A stretch of DNA of 64,000 bases from positions 16,067 to 80,066 of the forward strand of contig JAZNSQ010000019.1 in assembly GCA_045591265.1 (NCBI GenBank). The letters run 5' to 3'. Each line of letters starts with the position of its first letter. Positions within the stretch are counted from its first letter, which is position 1. A model generated the notes under the pieces. It had not been told where the DNA came from. It saw only the letters and a program-made list of their open reading frames with translations, and made no database searches. A program made the position numbers and the translations under genes. This document shows positions 1 to 9,892 of the stretch, one piece after another. Source of the stretch: Clostridia bacterium (GTDB taxonomy: Bacteria; Bacillota; Clostridia; UMGS1883).

Positions 1-1
1 G

Positions 2-2164
2 ATGGAAAATAAATTAGCATTAGATGGTAAGACAATTGAATTATTTGAAAGATTTTCCGTGCGCGAAAAGGACATAAAAAGTCTTGTGAAATGCGATATG
101 AAAAGCCACAACCAGTATGGTAATGTGTATGTTTTACTGACGGACTCTTTTATCGCTACCATAGGCGAGGACGGAGAATTTTATAAAATAGAGGCAGATA
201 AGATAAAGGACATTTTTGTAAGAACGTATGTGTCCTCGGCAAGCCTTGTGCTTCTTTGTGATGAAGAGGAGATTGTGCTTGGTTACTTTTCTCTAAAATG
301 TGCAAAGGCAGTTGAAAAATTTGTTTTCGATGTTTTAAAAAGAAATGAAGAGAATCTACAAAAGTCCGCTTATATTCCGGAGGGTGACTCCGTAACAAAG
401 GGCAGGAAAAAGCTTTTTCTTCGCGTTCTTTCATACATCCCCAAATACAAAAAGGACCTGTTTTTAACAATACTCGTAATTCTTTCTTCAAGTCTTGTAA
501 ATATTGTTAATCCCTATCTTACCGGTACAGTCCTTTACGATAATGTATTAGGTGGAAAAGGACCTCTTTCAGGTAAAATATTTACACTTGTAGGGATGCT
601 TGTCATAATCTCCGCAGTAAGTGTGTTTTTAGGCATTATGCGCGGGCGAATCGGCGCAAACCTTTCGGGAAATATCGTTTACGATATAAAGACGGAGGTT
701 TTTGGTGCAATGCAAAAGCTCGGCATGCGCTTTTTTACCTCCAAAAGAACCGGCAATCTCTTAAATCGTGTAAACAGTGATGCGCTTGACATTCAGTACT
801 TTTTAAATGACGGATTGCCGATTTTTATAATTAATGCAATGACTATTTTAGGCGTGGGACTTGTTTTGTTTTTTACAAATCCGCTTCTTTCTGTCACGGT
901 TTTAGTGCCTGTTCCGCTTATAGCATTAATAATAAAGGCATCAACCCGCAAATTCAAAAAGCTTAAATGGCACACATGGCGCCGTAGCTCAAAGCTTAAT
1001 TCTCTTATAAACGATACACTTTTGGGAATAAGGGTTGTAAAGGCATTCGGCAGAGAAGAAAATGAGGTAAAGCGCTTTGAATATGCAAATGAAGAATTTT
1101 ACCAAAACAGACTTCGTGAGGGGATTGCGGCAGCAAAGGTATTTCCGTTTTTAAGCTGGATTATGTCATCGGCAGGCGTTATTGTCTGGGCACTTGGGGG
1201 TACTCAGGTACTTTCAGGCGCGCTTACTTTTGGTGAGCTTATGACTTTTGCAGGCTATCTTACTCTTCTTTACGAACCGGTAAACTTTATGGTAAGAACC
1301 TTTGACTGGTGGACAAATTGTATGAACAGTGCCCAAAGAATTTTTGAGGTGATTGACAGAACCCCCGATGTTCCGGAATCGGAAACTCCGGTGCATCTTG
1401 AAAAAATACGCGGTGAAATAGAACTTAAAAACGTCACCTTCGCGTATGAGCCGAACAGAAACGTGCTTAAAAATGTATCTTTAAAAATAAATGAGGGCGA
1501 AATGATTGGCCTTGTCGGGCACAGCGGTGCAGGGAAAAGCACTATTACAAACATCATAACAAGGCTTTATGATGTAAATGAGGGTGATGTACTGCTTGAC
1601 GGAGTAAACGTAAAAGACATTAAAAAGGATGACCTCCACTCAAATATCGGTATGGTACTTCAGGATACGTTTTTATTTTCAGGCACAATCCGTGAAAACA
1701 TCTCCTACGGAAAGCCTGACGCCACTTATGAAGAAATTGTGCAGGCTGCAAAAAGTGCATATGCGCATGAATTTATTATAAGACTTCCCGAGGGGTATGA
1801 AACAAAAATCGGGAAAAGAGGTATTAACCTTTCAGGCGGTGAAAAGCAAAGAATTTCAATCGCGCGTGCAATTCTTATGAATCCCAGAATTCTTATTCTG
1901 GATGAGGCGACTTCCTCGCTCGATACTGAAACGGAAAAGAAAATTCAGGATGCACTCGATAAACTAATTGAGGGCAGAACAACAGTTGCGATAGCACATC
2001 GTCTTTCCACTCTCCGTAATGCAGACCGCCTTGTAGTTGTCGAAAACGGAGAAATTGTTGAAAGCGGAACTCACGAGGAGTTATTTAATAAAGTAGACGG
2101 AGTGTATCAGCGTATGGCAAAAAAACAGCTTGAGGCACTTCATCTTTACAGTGAGGTAGATTAA
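2..2164 (+). CDS. ABC transporter permease/ATP-binding protein (exporter half-transporter) with ~150-aa N-terminal cytoplasmic extension
   Basis: Walker A GHSGAGKST, ABC signature LSGGEKQRISIARA, Walker B ILILDEATS, and a six-helix TMD precede them. The N-terminal ~150 aa is homologous to the N-terminus of the downstream ABC protein. The ATG is at nt 2, so the gene could be 5'-truncated by the window edge. Confidence 0.85.
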   Translation: MENKLALDGKTIELFERFSVREKDIKSLVKCDMKSHNQYGNVYVLLTDSFIATIGEDGEFYKIEADKIKDIFVRTYVSSASLVLLCDEEEIVLGYFSLKCAKAVEKFVFDVLKRNEENLQKSAYIPEGDSVTKGRKKLFLRVLSYIPKYKKDLFLTILVILSSSLVNIVNPYLTGTVLYDNVLGGKGPLSGKIFTLVGMLVIISAVSVFLGIMRGRIGANLSGNIVYDIKTEVFGAMQKLGMRFFTSKRTGNLLNRVNSDALDIQYFLNDGLPIFIINAMTILGVGLVLFFTNPLLSVTVLVPVPLIALIIKASTRKFKKLKWHTWRRSSKLNSLINDTLLGIRVVKAFGREENEVKRFEYANEEFYQNRLREGIAAAKVFPFLSWIMSSAGVIVWALGGTQVLSGALTFGELMTFAGYLTLLYEPVNFMVRTFDWWTNCMNSAQRIFEVIDRTPDVPESETPVHLEKIRGEIELKNVTFAYEPNRNVLKNVSLKINEGEMIGLVGHSGAGKSTITNIITRLYDVNEGDVLLDGVNVKDIKKDDLHSNIGMVLQDTFLFSGTIRENISYGKPDATYEEIVQAAKSAYAHEFIIRLPEGYETKIGKRGINLSGGEKQRISIARAILMNPRILILDEATSSLDTETEKKIQDALDKLIEGRTTVAIAHRLSTLRNADRLVVVENGEIVESGTHEELFNKVDGVYQRMAKKQLEALHLYSEVD

Positions 2165-2671
2165 ATGAGTGAATTGAACTACATAAATAAAGAAGATGCC
2201 CACTTTTACGAAAATGAAAGCGGACTTCTGATGCTTAAATATAAGGGTGAGGATTTTGGTCGCGTCAGCATAAGAAGAATATTCCCCCTGAAATTTTCGG
2301 AGGAGTACCTATCCGTTGCCCGCGAAAATTATGCAAGAACGGATAAAAATGACGAGATTGGGATTATCCGTGACCTTAAGGAATTTGATACGGAGCAGTC
2401 AGAAATTGTAAGAAGGGAACTTGACAGGCGCTACTTTCTTCCCGAAGTTACAAAGGTTATAAGTGTTACCGAGGAATTCGGAAACACTACCTGGAAAGTA
2501 GAAACAACGGCAGGCAGTACCGATTTTACGGTTGAGGATATGTCTGCAAACATAATAAAGCTGAGCGAAAACACAGTAATTCTCATTGACGTGTTCTCAA
2601 ACAGATATCTTTTTAAGGACATCAAAAAGCTTGGCGACAAAACGGTGCAGGCACTGGAAATCTGGATATAA
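2165..2671 (+). CDS. small soluble protein sandwiched between the two ABC half-transporter genes (possibly a DUF1854-type ABC-associated protein)
   Basis: 168-aa ORF starting 1 nt after the upstream stop. Its end overlaps the region just before the next ABC gene's start. There are no TM segments. The family assignment is from memory only. Confidence 0.55.
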   Translation: MSELNYINKEDAHFYENESGLLMLKYKGEDFGRVSIRRIFPLKFSEEYLSVARENYARTDKNDEIGIIRDLKEFDTEQSEIVRRELDRRYFLPEVTKVISVTEEFGNTTWKVETTAGSTDFTVEDMSANIIKLSENTVILIDVFSNRYLFKDIKKLGDKTVQALEIWI

Positions 2672-2684
2672 AGAAGGGAAAAAT

Positions 2685-4904
2685 ATGAAACGCGGTTTTC
2701 TTACAACTGAATATGAAAGTCAAATTAACCGCGTTTTATGTGGCGAAAAAATCATCTTTAACTGCGAGTATGATTTGACTAACAACGATAAATACACAGA
2801 GGGCATATTTATAGTAACTAAAAAAAGCATTGCCGTTTTTGAAAATGGCGAAATTAAAGTTCTTGCTTCTCTTAAAAACATTCAGAAAATCTGTGTGGGC
2901 GAATTAATAGGCTGCGGAATTTTAGAGGCTTTTATAAACGAAGAAAGAAAGATGCTTGCACGCTTTTCTATGCGTCATATTGAAGCCTTCAGTGCAGCGG
3001 CAGAGGTAATAAACAGTCTTATAAACGGCGAAACCGTAGGCGAGATAGAGTTTGAAGAGGAAGAGAAAATCTGCCCCAAATGCGGCGGCACCTTTATCCA
3101 CGGAACTAAAGTGTGCAGAAAATGCACAAGCAGATTCAGTATGATAAAAAGGCTCTGGCAACTTTCAAAGTCCTGCAAGGGGATATATGCCTTTTTGGTT
3201 ATATTCTTTTTGGTGGCAAGCGTTATAAATATACTTACGCCTCACCTTAAAAAGAATCTTGTAAATGACGTTTTGACAGTTAAAAACGCAAGCAAGGAAG
3301 CACTTTTAGGCGTTGTTTTATTTATGTTTGTGCTGGGGGTAATCACATATCTTTTAAATGTTTTAAGAGATATCGCGTCATCCAAGGCAAGTAATCTTTT
3401 AGTTAAAAATTTGCGTGGTGCAATATACGAAAAACTGCAAAGAATGCCGCTTGGCTATATAGAAGAAAAAAACGCCGGCGACCTTATGCAGCGTATAAAT
3501 AATGACACACAGCGTATACAAAGCTTCATTCAGGATATTTTTATTCTCGCCGTGGGCGAAGTTATTATGGCAGTGGCAATCGGGATAATAACCTTTTCCA
3601 TAAACTATGTTATGGCGCTTTTAATCTTTGTGCCGATTCCCCCGTCAATTTATATGATTTATAAAATCCGTCTCAGCATCGGCAGGCGCTACAGAAAACA
3701 GTGGCGCGTGATGGATGTTTTAACAAGCAGACTTACCGATGTTTTAAACGGAATTAATGTTGTAAAGGTCTTCGGGCGTGAAGATGACGAGACAAGAAGA
3801 TTTAAGGATACTGCCCGAAATGTTAGAAACCTGACCTGCAAAAACGAAAAATATGTGTATACAATCTTTCCTATAATTAAATTTATTATGGGTTTTGGCA
3901 GTTATTTTGTTCTCCTTTACGGCGGAAGCAAGGTAATAGACGGCTCTCTTTCAGTAGGTGAGCTTGTGCAGTTTTCGGCATACGGAAGCTATCTTTACAG
4001 TAAGCTTGAGTGGTTTAGTATGGTTCCCCGCCACTTTACTATGGCGATGGCAAGCTCAAGCCGTGTGTTTGAAATACTTGATGCGCCGGAGCCTGAGGAA
4101 AAAGAAACAATAAGCGATATAGAAAACATAAACGGCGAATTTGAATTTGACAATGTGTCTTTTGGATATAAAAGCTACAGAAGAGTGTTGCGCGGGATTA
4201 ATGAAAGCGTAAAAAAAGGCGAGATGATAGGTCTTGTCGGTCACAGCGGTGCAGGAAAAAGCACACTTATAAATCTTATTATGAAGCTTTATTCTCCAAA
4301 CAAGGGGAAAATTATGCTTGACGGAAAAAATCTTGATTCCTATAGCGATAAGGACTACAAAAGCACGCTTGGAATTGTCCTGCAGGAAAACTATCTGTTT
4401 AGCGGAACGATACTTGATAATATTGCTTACGCTGCACCTAATGCCACGTATGAAGATATTATTCTCGCTGCAAAAAAGGCAAGTGCACATGACTTTATAG
4501 TAAATCTTCCCGATGGATATAATACCTATGTCGGCGAAAAGGGGCACCGTCTTTCAGGCGGAGAAAGGCAAAGAATTTCAATAGCACGTGCAATCGCGGC
4601 AAACCCTAAAATTATAATTCTTGATGAGGCAACTGCCTCGGTAGATACGGAAACGGAAATAAAAATACAAGAGGCGCTTTTAAATGTAACGCGTAATAAA
4701 ACAGTTTTCGCGATAGCGCATCGCCTTTCTACCCTTAAAAATGCAGACAGACTTTTTGTGCTTGACGAAGGAAGGGTAAAGGAAAAAGGCACTCATAAAG
4801 AGCTGGAGGAGAGTGGCGGAATATATTCATCACTTCTTCGTGCACAGCAGGATATGGTAAAATCAAAAATAACGATAGACAATATAAGCTTAAAGGAGTT
4901 CTGA
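2685..4904 (+). CDS. ABC transporter permease/ATP-binding protein with N-terminal cytoplasmic domain and Cys4 zinc ribbon
   Basis: Start chosen at ATG 2685 (RBS GAAGGGAAAAAT). Motifs: CPKCGG...CRKC ribbon, TMD, Walker A GHSGAGKST, LSGGERQRISIARA, IILDEATAS. Confidence 0.85.
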   Translation: MKRGFLTTEYESQINRVLCGEKIIFNCEYDLTNNDKYTEGIFIVTKKSIAVFENGEIKVLASLKNIQKICVGELIGCGILEAFINEERKMLARFSMRHIEAFSAAAEVINSLINGETVGEIEFEEEEKICPKCGGTFIHGTKVCRKCTSRFSMIKRLWQLSKSCKGIYAFLVIFFLVASVINILTPHLKKNLVNDVLTVKNASKEALLGVVLFMFVLGVITYLLNVLRDIASSKASNLLVKNLRGAIYEKLQRMPLGYIEEKNAGDLMQRINNDTQRIQSFIQDIFILAVGEVIMAVAIGIITFSINYVMALLIFVPIPPSIYMIYKIRLSIGRRYRKQWRVMDVLTSRLTDVLNGINVVKVFGREDDETRRFKDTARNVRNLTCKNEKYVYTIFPIIKFIMGFGSYFVLLYGGSKVIDGSLSVGELVQFSAYGSYLYSKLEWFSMVPRHFTMAMASSSRVFEILDAPEPEEKETISDIENINGEFEFDNVSFGYKSYRRVLRGINESVKKGEMIGLVGHSGAGKSTLINLIMKLYSPNKGKIMLDGKNLDSYSDKDYKSTLGIVLQENYLFSGTILDNIAYAAPNATYEDIILAAKKASAHDFIVNLPDGYNTYVGEKGHRLSGGERQRISIARAIAANPKIIILDEATASVDTETEIKIQEALLNVTRNKTVFAIAHRLSTLKNADRLFVLDEGRVKEKGTHKELEESGGIYSSLLRAQQDMVKSKITIDNISLKEF

Positions 4905-4905
4905 A

Positions 4906-5790
4906 ATGAAGGATTTTAAAATCATTACCGACAGTAACTGTGACATCCCCGTAGAAACAGTTGAAAAATTAGGAATAAGGGTACTTCCTATTTCATTTAC
5001 ATTTGACGGAGAAAACTACTATCGTGACGGGATTGATATAACCCACGAGGAGTTTTATGAAAAGCTTACACAAAACGCTCAAATCCCGAAAACAACGCAG
5101 GTTACTCCAATAGAATATTTGGACGCTTATAACGAAGAATACGATAACGGGAATGATAACTTACTTGTAATTACCATTTCCTCACGCGGAAGCGGAATGC
5201 ACAGTAACGCCGTAATGATGGCAAATGAGATAATGCAGGAACGCGGTGGAAATATTACGGTTGTTGATTCCATGGGCTTTTCGTGCATTACGGGCGCAGG
5301 CGTTATAAAAGCCGTTAAAATGAAAAATGAGGGTAAAAGTAAAGAAGAAATCGTAGAATTTTTAAATGATTTCTTCACAACAGTTCACGCATATTTCCTT
5401 GTAGGTGACCTTGAGCATCTTAAAAAAGGCGGAAGAATAAACACTGCAACGCTTGTTTTAGCTAATATGCTTGACATTAAGCCAATTCTTACAATTAAAG
5501 ACGGCATAGTAGTACAAAAAGATAAAATCCGCGGAAGTAAGCGTATCCTTAAAAAGCTTATAGAAAATATTGAAGATGACGGCTACGAGCTTGACGGAAA
5601 AGCAGTGATGGTGGCAAGTGCGGGAAACAAGGAAAAATTTGAAGAGCTTAAGGAAGAGCTTACAAAGCTTTTCCCAAATGTAAAGGTAAACAGATGCTCT
5701 ATCGGGCCTATCGTTGGATGCCACGGCGGACCTGACCTTTGCGGAGTTATTTTTTCCGATAAATACGATTTAGATGACTTTGAGGAATAA
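4906..5790 (+). CDS. DegV family fatty-acid-binding protein
   Basis: N-terminus MKDFKIITDSNCDIP and overall DegV pattern; 294 aa. Confidence 0.8.
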   Translation: MKDFKIITDSNCDIPVETVEKLGIRVLPISFTFDGENYYRDGIDITHEEFYEKLTQNAQIPKTTQVTPIEYLDAYNEEYDNGNDNLLVITISSRGSGMHSNAVMMANEIMQERGGNITVVDSMGFSCITGAGVIKAVKMKNEGKSKEEIVEFLNDFFTTVHAYFLVGDLEHLKKGGRINTATLVLANMLDIKPILTIKDGIVVQKDKIRGSKRILKKLIENIEDDGYELDGKAVMVASAGNKEKFEELKEELTKLFPNVKVNRCSIGPIVGCHGGPDLCGVIFSDKYDLDDFEE

Positions 5791-5792
5791 TT

Positions 5793-6647
5793 ATGTGGAT
5801 AGCAGAAAACTGGAAAGACTACGAGTGTATAGATACTGCAAGCGGTGAAAAGCTTGAGCGTTGGGGTAGCATTATCCTCCGCCGTCCTGACCCGCAGGTA
5901 ATCTGGGACGAAAAGTCAGTGCCAAAAAAATGGGAAAGTGCTGATGCATGGTATCACCGTTCACAAAGCGGTGGCGGAAAATGGGAATATAAAAAGGAAA
6001 TCCCTCAAAAATGGCAGATAAAATATAAAGACCTGACCTTTAATATTACTCCCACAGGCTTTAAGCATACAGGCCTTTTTCCCGAGCAGGCAGTAAACTG
6101 GGACTATATGATGGAAAAAATTAAAAAAGCACAAAGACCGATAAAGGTGCTTAACCTTTTTGCCTATACGGGCGGTGCAACTATCGCATGCGCCAAGGCA
6201 GGAGCAATGGTAACACACGTTGACGCGTCTAAAGGCATGGTTTTATGGGCAAAGGAAAATGCACAATCAAGCAATCTGGGGAATGCGCCTATCCGCTACC
6301 TTGTTGACGACTGTATGAAATTCGTTGAACGCGAAATAAGAAGGGGGAATAAGTATGATGCTATACTTATGGACCCACCGTCATACGGGCGCGGACCCGG
6401 GGGAGAAGTGTGGAAAATGGAGGACTCCATAGCGTCCTTTGTAAAAAGAACAGCGCTTCTTTTAAGTGATAATCCCCTTTTCTTTATAATTAACTCATAC
6501 ACAACGGGGCTTTCCCCTACAGTACTTACAAACCTTATGAAAATAAGCCTCCCTAAAGGGCGTGTGGAGGCAAGCGAAATAGGACTTAACATTACAGGCT
6601 CATCCATGGTGCTCCCTTGCGGTGCAACGGGAAGATGGGAAGGATAA
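5793..6647 (+). CDS. class I SAM-dependent methyltransferase (RlmI/YwbD-like catalytic domain)
   Basis: Motifs LNLFAYTGGATIACAKAGA (SAM binding) and DPPSYGRG (motif IV). Confidence 0.7.
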   Translation: MWIAENWKDYECIDTASGEKLERWGSIILRRPDPQVIWDEKSVPKKWESADAWYHRSQSGGGKWEYKKEIPQKWQIKYKDLTFNITPTGFKHTGLFPEQAVNWDYMMEKIKKAQRPIKVLNLFAYTGGATIACAKAGAMVTHVDASKGMVLWAKENAQSSNLGNAPIRYLVDDCMKFVEREIRRGNKYDAILMDPPSYGRGPGGEVWKMEDSIASFVKRTALLLSDNPLFFIINSYTTGLSPTVLTNLMKISLPKGRVEASEIGLNITGSSMVLPCGATGRWEG

Positions 6648-6648
6648 A

Positions 6649-7512
6649 ATGAACATTATCGAAGCAGAAAACCTTTTCTTTAAGTATGATGAGGAGGGAA
6701 ACTCCTACGTGCTTAAGGATTTAAACTTAAATATAGAAAAAGGAAGCTTTACCGCAATAATCGGTCATAACGGAAGCGGGAAAAGCACCTTTGCAAAGCA
6801 TCTTAATGCAATACTGCTTCCAAGTGGCGGAAGTGTGACGGTTTGCGGGATAGATACTTCCGACAAAAAGAAAATCTACGAGCTTCGCAAAAATGCAGGG
6901 ATGGTATTTCAAAACCCCGACAACCAAATTGTTGCAACTATTGTAGAAGAAGACGTTGCTTTCGGTTTAGAGAATATCGGTATTGAAAGAGAAGAAATGC
7001 ATTCGCGCGTTAAAGAAGCACTTACGGCAGTTGATATGTATGAATTTCGCACTCGCGCACCGCATCTTCTTTCAGGCGGGCAAAAGCAGCGCGTTGCAAT
7101 AGCAGGAATTCTTGCGATGAACCCCATGTGCATTATTCTTGATGAGCCAACCGCAATGCTTGACCCTCTTGGTCGCCGTGAGGTGCTTTCAACCATAAAA
7201 AAGCTAAATCGGGAAAAAGGCATAACGATAGTACTCATCACTCACTATATGGATGAAGCGTGCAGTGCCGACAGGGTGGTTGTGATGAATAAGGGGGAAA
7301 TTTCGCTTGACGCATCCCCAAAAGAAATATTTAAGGACGAGGAAGCACTTAAAAAACTCGGGCTTGACGTTCCGCAGAGTGTTGCTCTTTTAAACAGACT
7401 TAAGGAAGAAGGATTTAATCTTTCAGATAGTGCGCTTACTCCCGAAGAATGTGCACAGGAGATACTAAAGCTTTTTAAGAAAAATTCCGAAGGTAAGGAA
7501 AACCCAAAATGA
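6649..7512 (+). CDS. ecfA1: energy-coupling factor transporter ATPase EcfA1
   Basis: Walker A GHNGSGKST, LSGGQKQRVAIAGILA, ILDEPTAMLD. Start at ATG 6649 after GGAAGGA. It lies in the conserved ecfA1-ecfA2-ecfT-truA order. Confidence 0.9.
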   Translation: MNIIEAENLFFKYDEEGNSYVLKDLNLNIEKGSFTAIIGHNGSGKSTFAKHLNAILLPSGGSVTVCGIDTSDKKKIYELRKNAGMVFQNPDNQIVATIVEEDVAFGLENIGIEREEMHSRVKEALTAVDMYEFRTRAPHLLSGGQKQRVAIAGILAMNPMCIILDEPTAMLDPLGRREVLSTIKKLNREKGITIVLITHYMDEACSADRVVVMNKGEISLDASPKEIFKDEEALKKLGLDVPQSVALLNRLKEEGFNLSDSALTPEECAQEILKLFKKNSEGKENPK

Positions 7513-8351
7513 TAAAACTTAAGAATATATCACATTTATATAATAACGGGCCTGATATGACTCCTTCCGTAACAGATATAAACCTTGAAATTAAAGAGGG
7601 CGAATATATCGGAATTGCGGGCCACACGGGAAGCGGAAAAACAACAGTTGCCCAAATTCTTGCAGGGCTCATTTTGCCACAGAGCGGTGAAATAGAAGTA
7701 AGCGGCGAGGCATCTTGCGATTTTAAAAAAACTGCAAGAATGCTGCGTGAAAAGGTTGGCATCGTTTTTCAGTATCCCGAGCATCAGCTTTTTGAAGAAA
7801 CGGTTTATAAAGATATTGCCTTTGGACCTAAAAATAAAAAGCTTTCGGAAAAAGAAATTGACGAATGTGTCAGAGAAAGTGCGCGTCTGACTCATCTTGA
7901 CGAATCACTTTTTGACAAGTCCCCGTTTGAGCTTTCGGGCGGTCAGAAAAGGCGCGTTGCAATAGCAGGCGTGCTTGCAACTAAACCTAAGGTTCTTATT
8001 TTAGATGAGCCTGCTGCAGGACTTGACCCATTAGGCAGAAAAAAGCTTTTTTCGGAGCTTAACCAGATACGAAAATTAAATAACACCGCGATTGTCCTTA
8101 TCTCTCACAGTATGGAGGATTTGGCGGAAAATGTTGAAAGAATAGTAGTTTTAAATAAAGGTAAAAAGGTGGCAGATGCACCGGTAAAAGAGATTTTTTC
8201 AAACTATTCTCTTTTAAAGGAGAGCGGGCTTGATGTGCCTGAAATTACCCGCATTGCGCACCTTATCCGTAAAGGCGGAGTAGATTTAGGCCACGATATC
8301 TATACAATAAATGATGCCGTGCGCGAAATAAAAAAGGTGCTGGGGGTGTAG
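7509..8351 (+). CDS. ecfA2: energy-coupling factor transporter ATPase EcfA2
   Basis: GHTGSGKTT, LSGGQKRRVAIAGVLA, ILDEPAAGLD. ATGA overlap with ecfA1. Confidence 0.9.
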   Translation: MIKLKNISHLYNNGPDMTPSVTDINLEIKEGEYIGIAGHTGSGKTTVAQILAGLILPQSGEIEVSGEASCDFKKTARMLREKVGIVFQYPEHQLFEETVYKDIAFGPKNKKLSEKEIDECVRESARLTHLDESLFDKSPFELSGGQKRRVAIAGVLATKPKVLILDEPAAGLDPLGRKKLFSELNQIRKLNNTAIVLISHSMEDLAENVERIVVLNKGKKVADAPVKEIFSNYSLLKESGLDVPEITRIAHLIRKGGVDLGHDIYTINDAVREIKKVLGV

Positions 8352-8354
8352 AGT

Positions 8355-9161
8355 ATGCTAAAGGACATTACAATCGGTCAGTATTATAATTCAAATTCCC
8401 CCATTCACGCTCTTGACGCGCGCACAAAAATTCTGTGGACCATTTTTTACATGGCGCTCCTCTTTATGATTAATTCGCCTTTAATGTATGCAGTGATAAT
8501 TCTTTTTACGCTTTTTGTGATAAAGCTTTCAAAAATACCTTTAAAGTTTATTTTAAGAGGAATAAAGCCTATTATGGTGCTTGTAGTATTTACCGCAGTC
8601 ATAAATCTTTTTATGACCCCGGGCGAAAATGTGCTTCTTTCCTTCGGGATATTTAAAATAACAACGCAAGGCGTGCTTCTCGCAATAAAAATGGTTGTAA
8701 GGGTGGTGCTTCTCATTGTCGGAACTTCACTTCTTACTCTTACCACAACGCCCACAGTTCTTACAGGCGCGATAGAGGTTTTGCTTTCTCCTTTAAAAAA
8801 ATTAGGCGTTCCCGTAAGCATTTTTGCTATGATGATGGGGATTGCACTTCGATTTATCCCTACTTTAATGGACGAGATAGACAAAATAATGAAAGCGCAG
8901 ATTTCCAGAGGTGCAGATTTTGAAAGCGGGAATATGCTTGCAAGGGTAAAAGCCATAATTCCTATACTTATACCGCTTTTTGTAAGTGCGTTTCGGCGCG
9001 CGGATGAGCTTTCGGTTGCAATGGAATCAAGATGCTATAACAGTGAAGCTCAAAGAACAAGCTACAGAAGTTATGAATTCAGAAAAAACGATTATATATC
9101 CTTTTTGGTTTCGTTCTTACTTATCGGGGTTATGATAATTATAAAGGTTGTGCAAAGATGA
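8355..9161 (+). CDS. ecfT: energy-coupling factor transporter transmembrane subunit EcfT
   Basis: Polytopic membrane protein immediately after ecfA2; synteny. Confidence 0.85.
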   Translation: MLKDITIGQYYNSNSPIHALDARTKILWTIFYMALLFMINSPLMYAVIILFTLFVIKLSKIPLKFILRGIKPIMVLVVFTAVINLFMTPGENVLLSFGIFKITTQGVLLAIKMVVRVVLLIVGTSLLTLTTTPTVLTGAIEVLLSPLKKLGVPVSIFAMMMGIALRFIPTLMDEIDKIMKAQISRGADFESGNMLARVKAIIPILIPLFVSAFRRADELSVAMESRCYNSEAQRTSYRSYEFRKNDYISFLVSFLLIGVMIIIKVVQR

Positions 9162-9892
9162 AATATAAGCTGACGTTATCTTATGACGGCACCAATTACC
9201 ACGGGTGGCAGTTTCAGAAAAACGGAATAACAATTCAGGAAGTTTTGGAAAATGCTCTTTCCAAAATCTTTAACTGCAATATAGCCGTTACGGGCTGTTC
9301 ACGCACCGATGCAAGAGTTCACGCAGAAAAATACGTGTGCTCTTTTGAAGGGGAAACCACAATTCCCACTTCGAAAATTGCAACCGTCATAAACACAAAA
9401 CTACCCGAGGATATCCGCGCGTATCACTGTGAAGAAGAAAAAGAAGACTTTAACGCAAGGTTTGACACCAAAAAAAAGGCGTATGAATACAGAATTTTAA
9501 ACAGGGAGGTAGCCGACCCCATTCTTCGCAACTACGTCTGGCACTATCCTATAAAGCTTGATGTAAAAAAGATGCAAAAAGCCGCGAAAATAATTCAGGG
9601 CAAGCGTGATTTTGCCTGCTTTTGCGCGGCAGGATCAAGTGCTAAAACAACGGTGAGAAATCTTATGCACCTAAGCGTAAAAAAAGAGGGGGATATAATC
9701 ACCATTCGTGCCGAGGCAGATGGGTTTTTATATAATATGGTGCGCATAATTGTAGGCACTCTTATCTATATTGGTAACGGCAAGCTAAAAGTGCAGGACC
9801 TTAAAGAACTTATGGAAAATAAAGACCGGCGTCTTATGGGCGTTACAGCACCGCCCGAGGGACTTAGGCTGGTGGAGGTTTGCTATGAATAA
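9158..9892 (+). CDS. truA: tRNA pseudouridine(38-40) synthase TruA
   Basis: MKYKLTLSYDGTNYHGWQFQ N-terminus and catalytic RTDARVHA motif; follows ecfT as in Firmicutes. Confidence 0.9.
   Translation: MKYKLTLSYDGTNYHGWQFQKNGITIQEVLENALSKIFNCNIAVTGCSRTDARVHAEKYVCSFEGETTIPTSKIATVINTKLPEDIRAYHCEEEKEDFNARFDTKKKAYEYRILNREVADPILRNYVWHYPIKLDVKKMQKAAKIIQGKRDFACFCAAGSSAKTTVRNLMHLSVKKEGDIITIRAEADGFLYNMVRIIVGTLIYIGNGKLKVQDLKELMENKDRRLMGVTAPPEGLRLVEVCYE

Noticed and set aside
2586-2684. Upstream extension of the second ABC transporter ORF overlapping the small sandwiched gene
   Set aside because: It overlaps the preceding CDS in another frame; ATG 2685 has an RBS and begins the alignable N-terminal domain.
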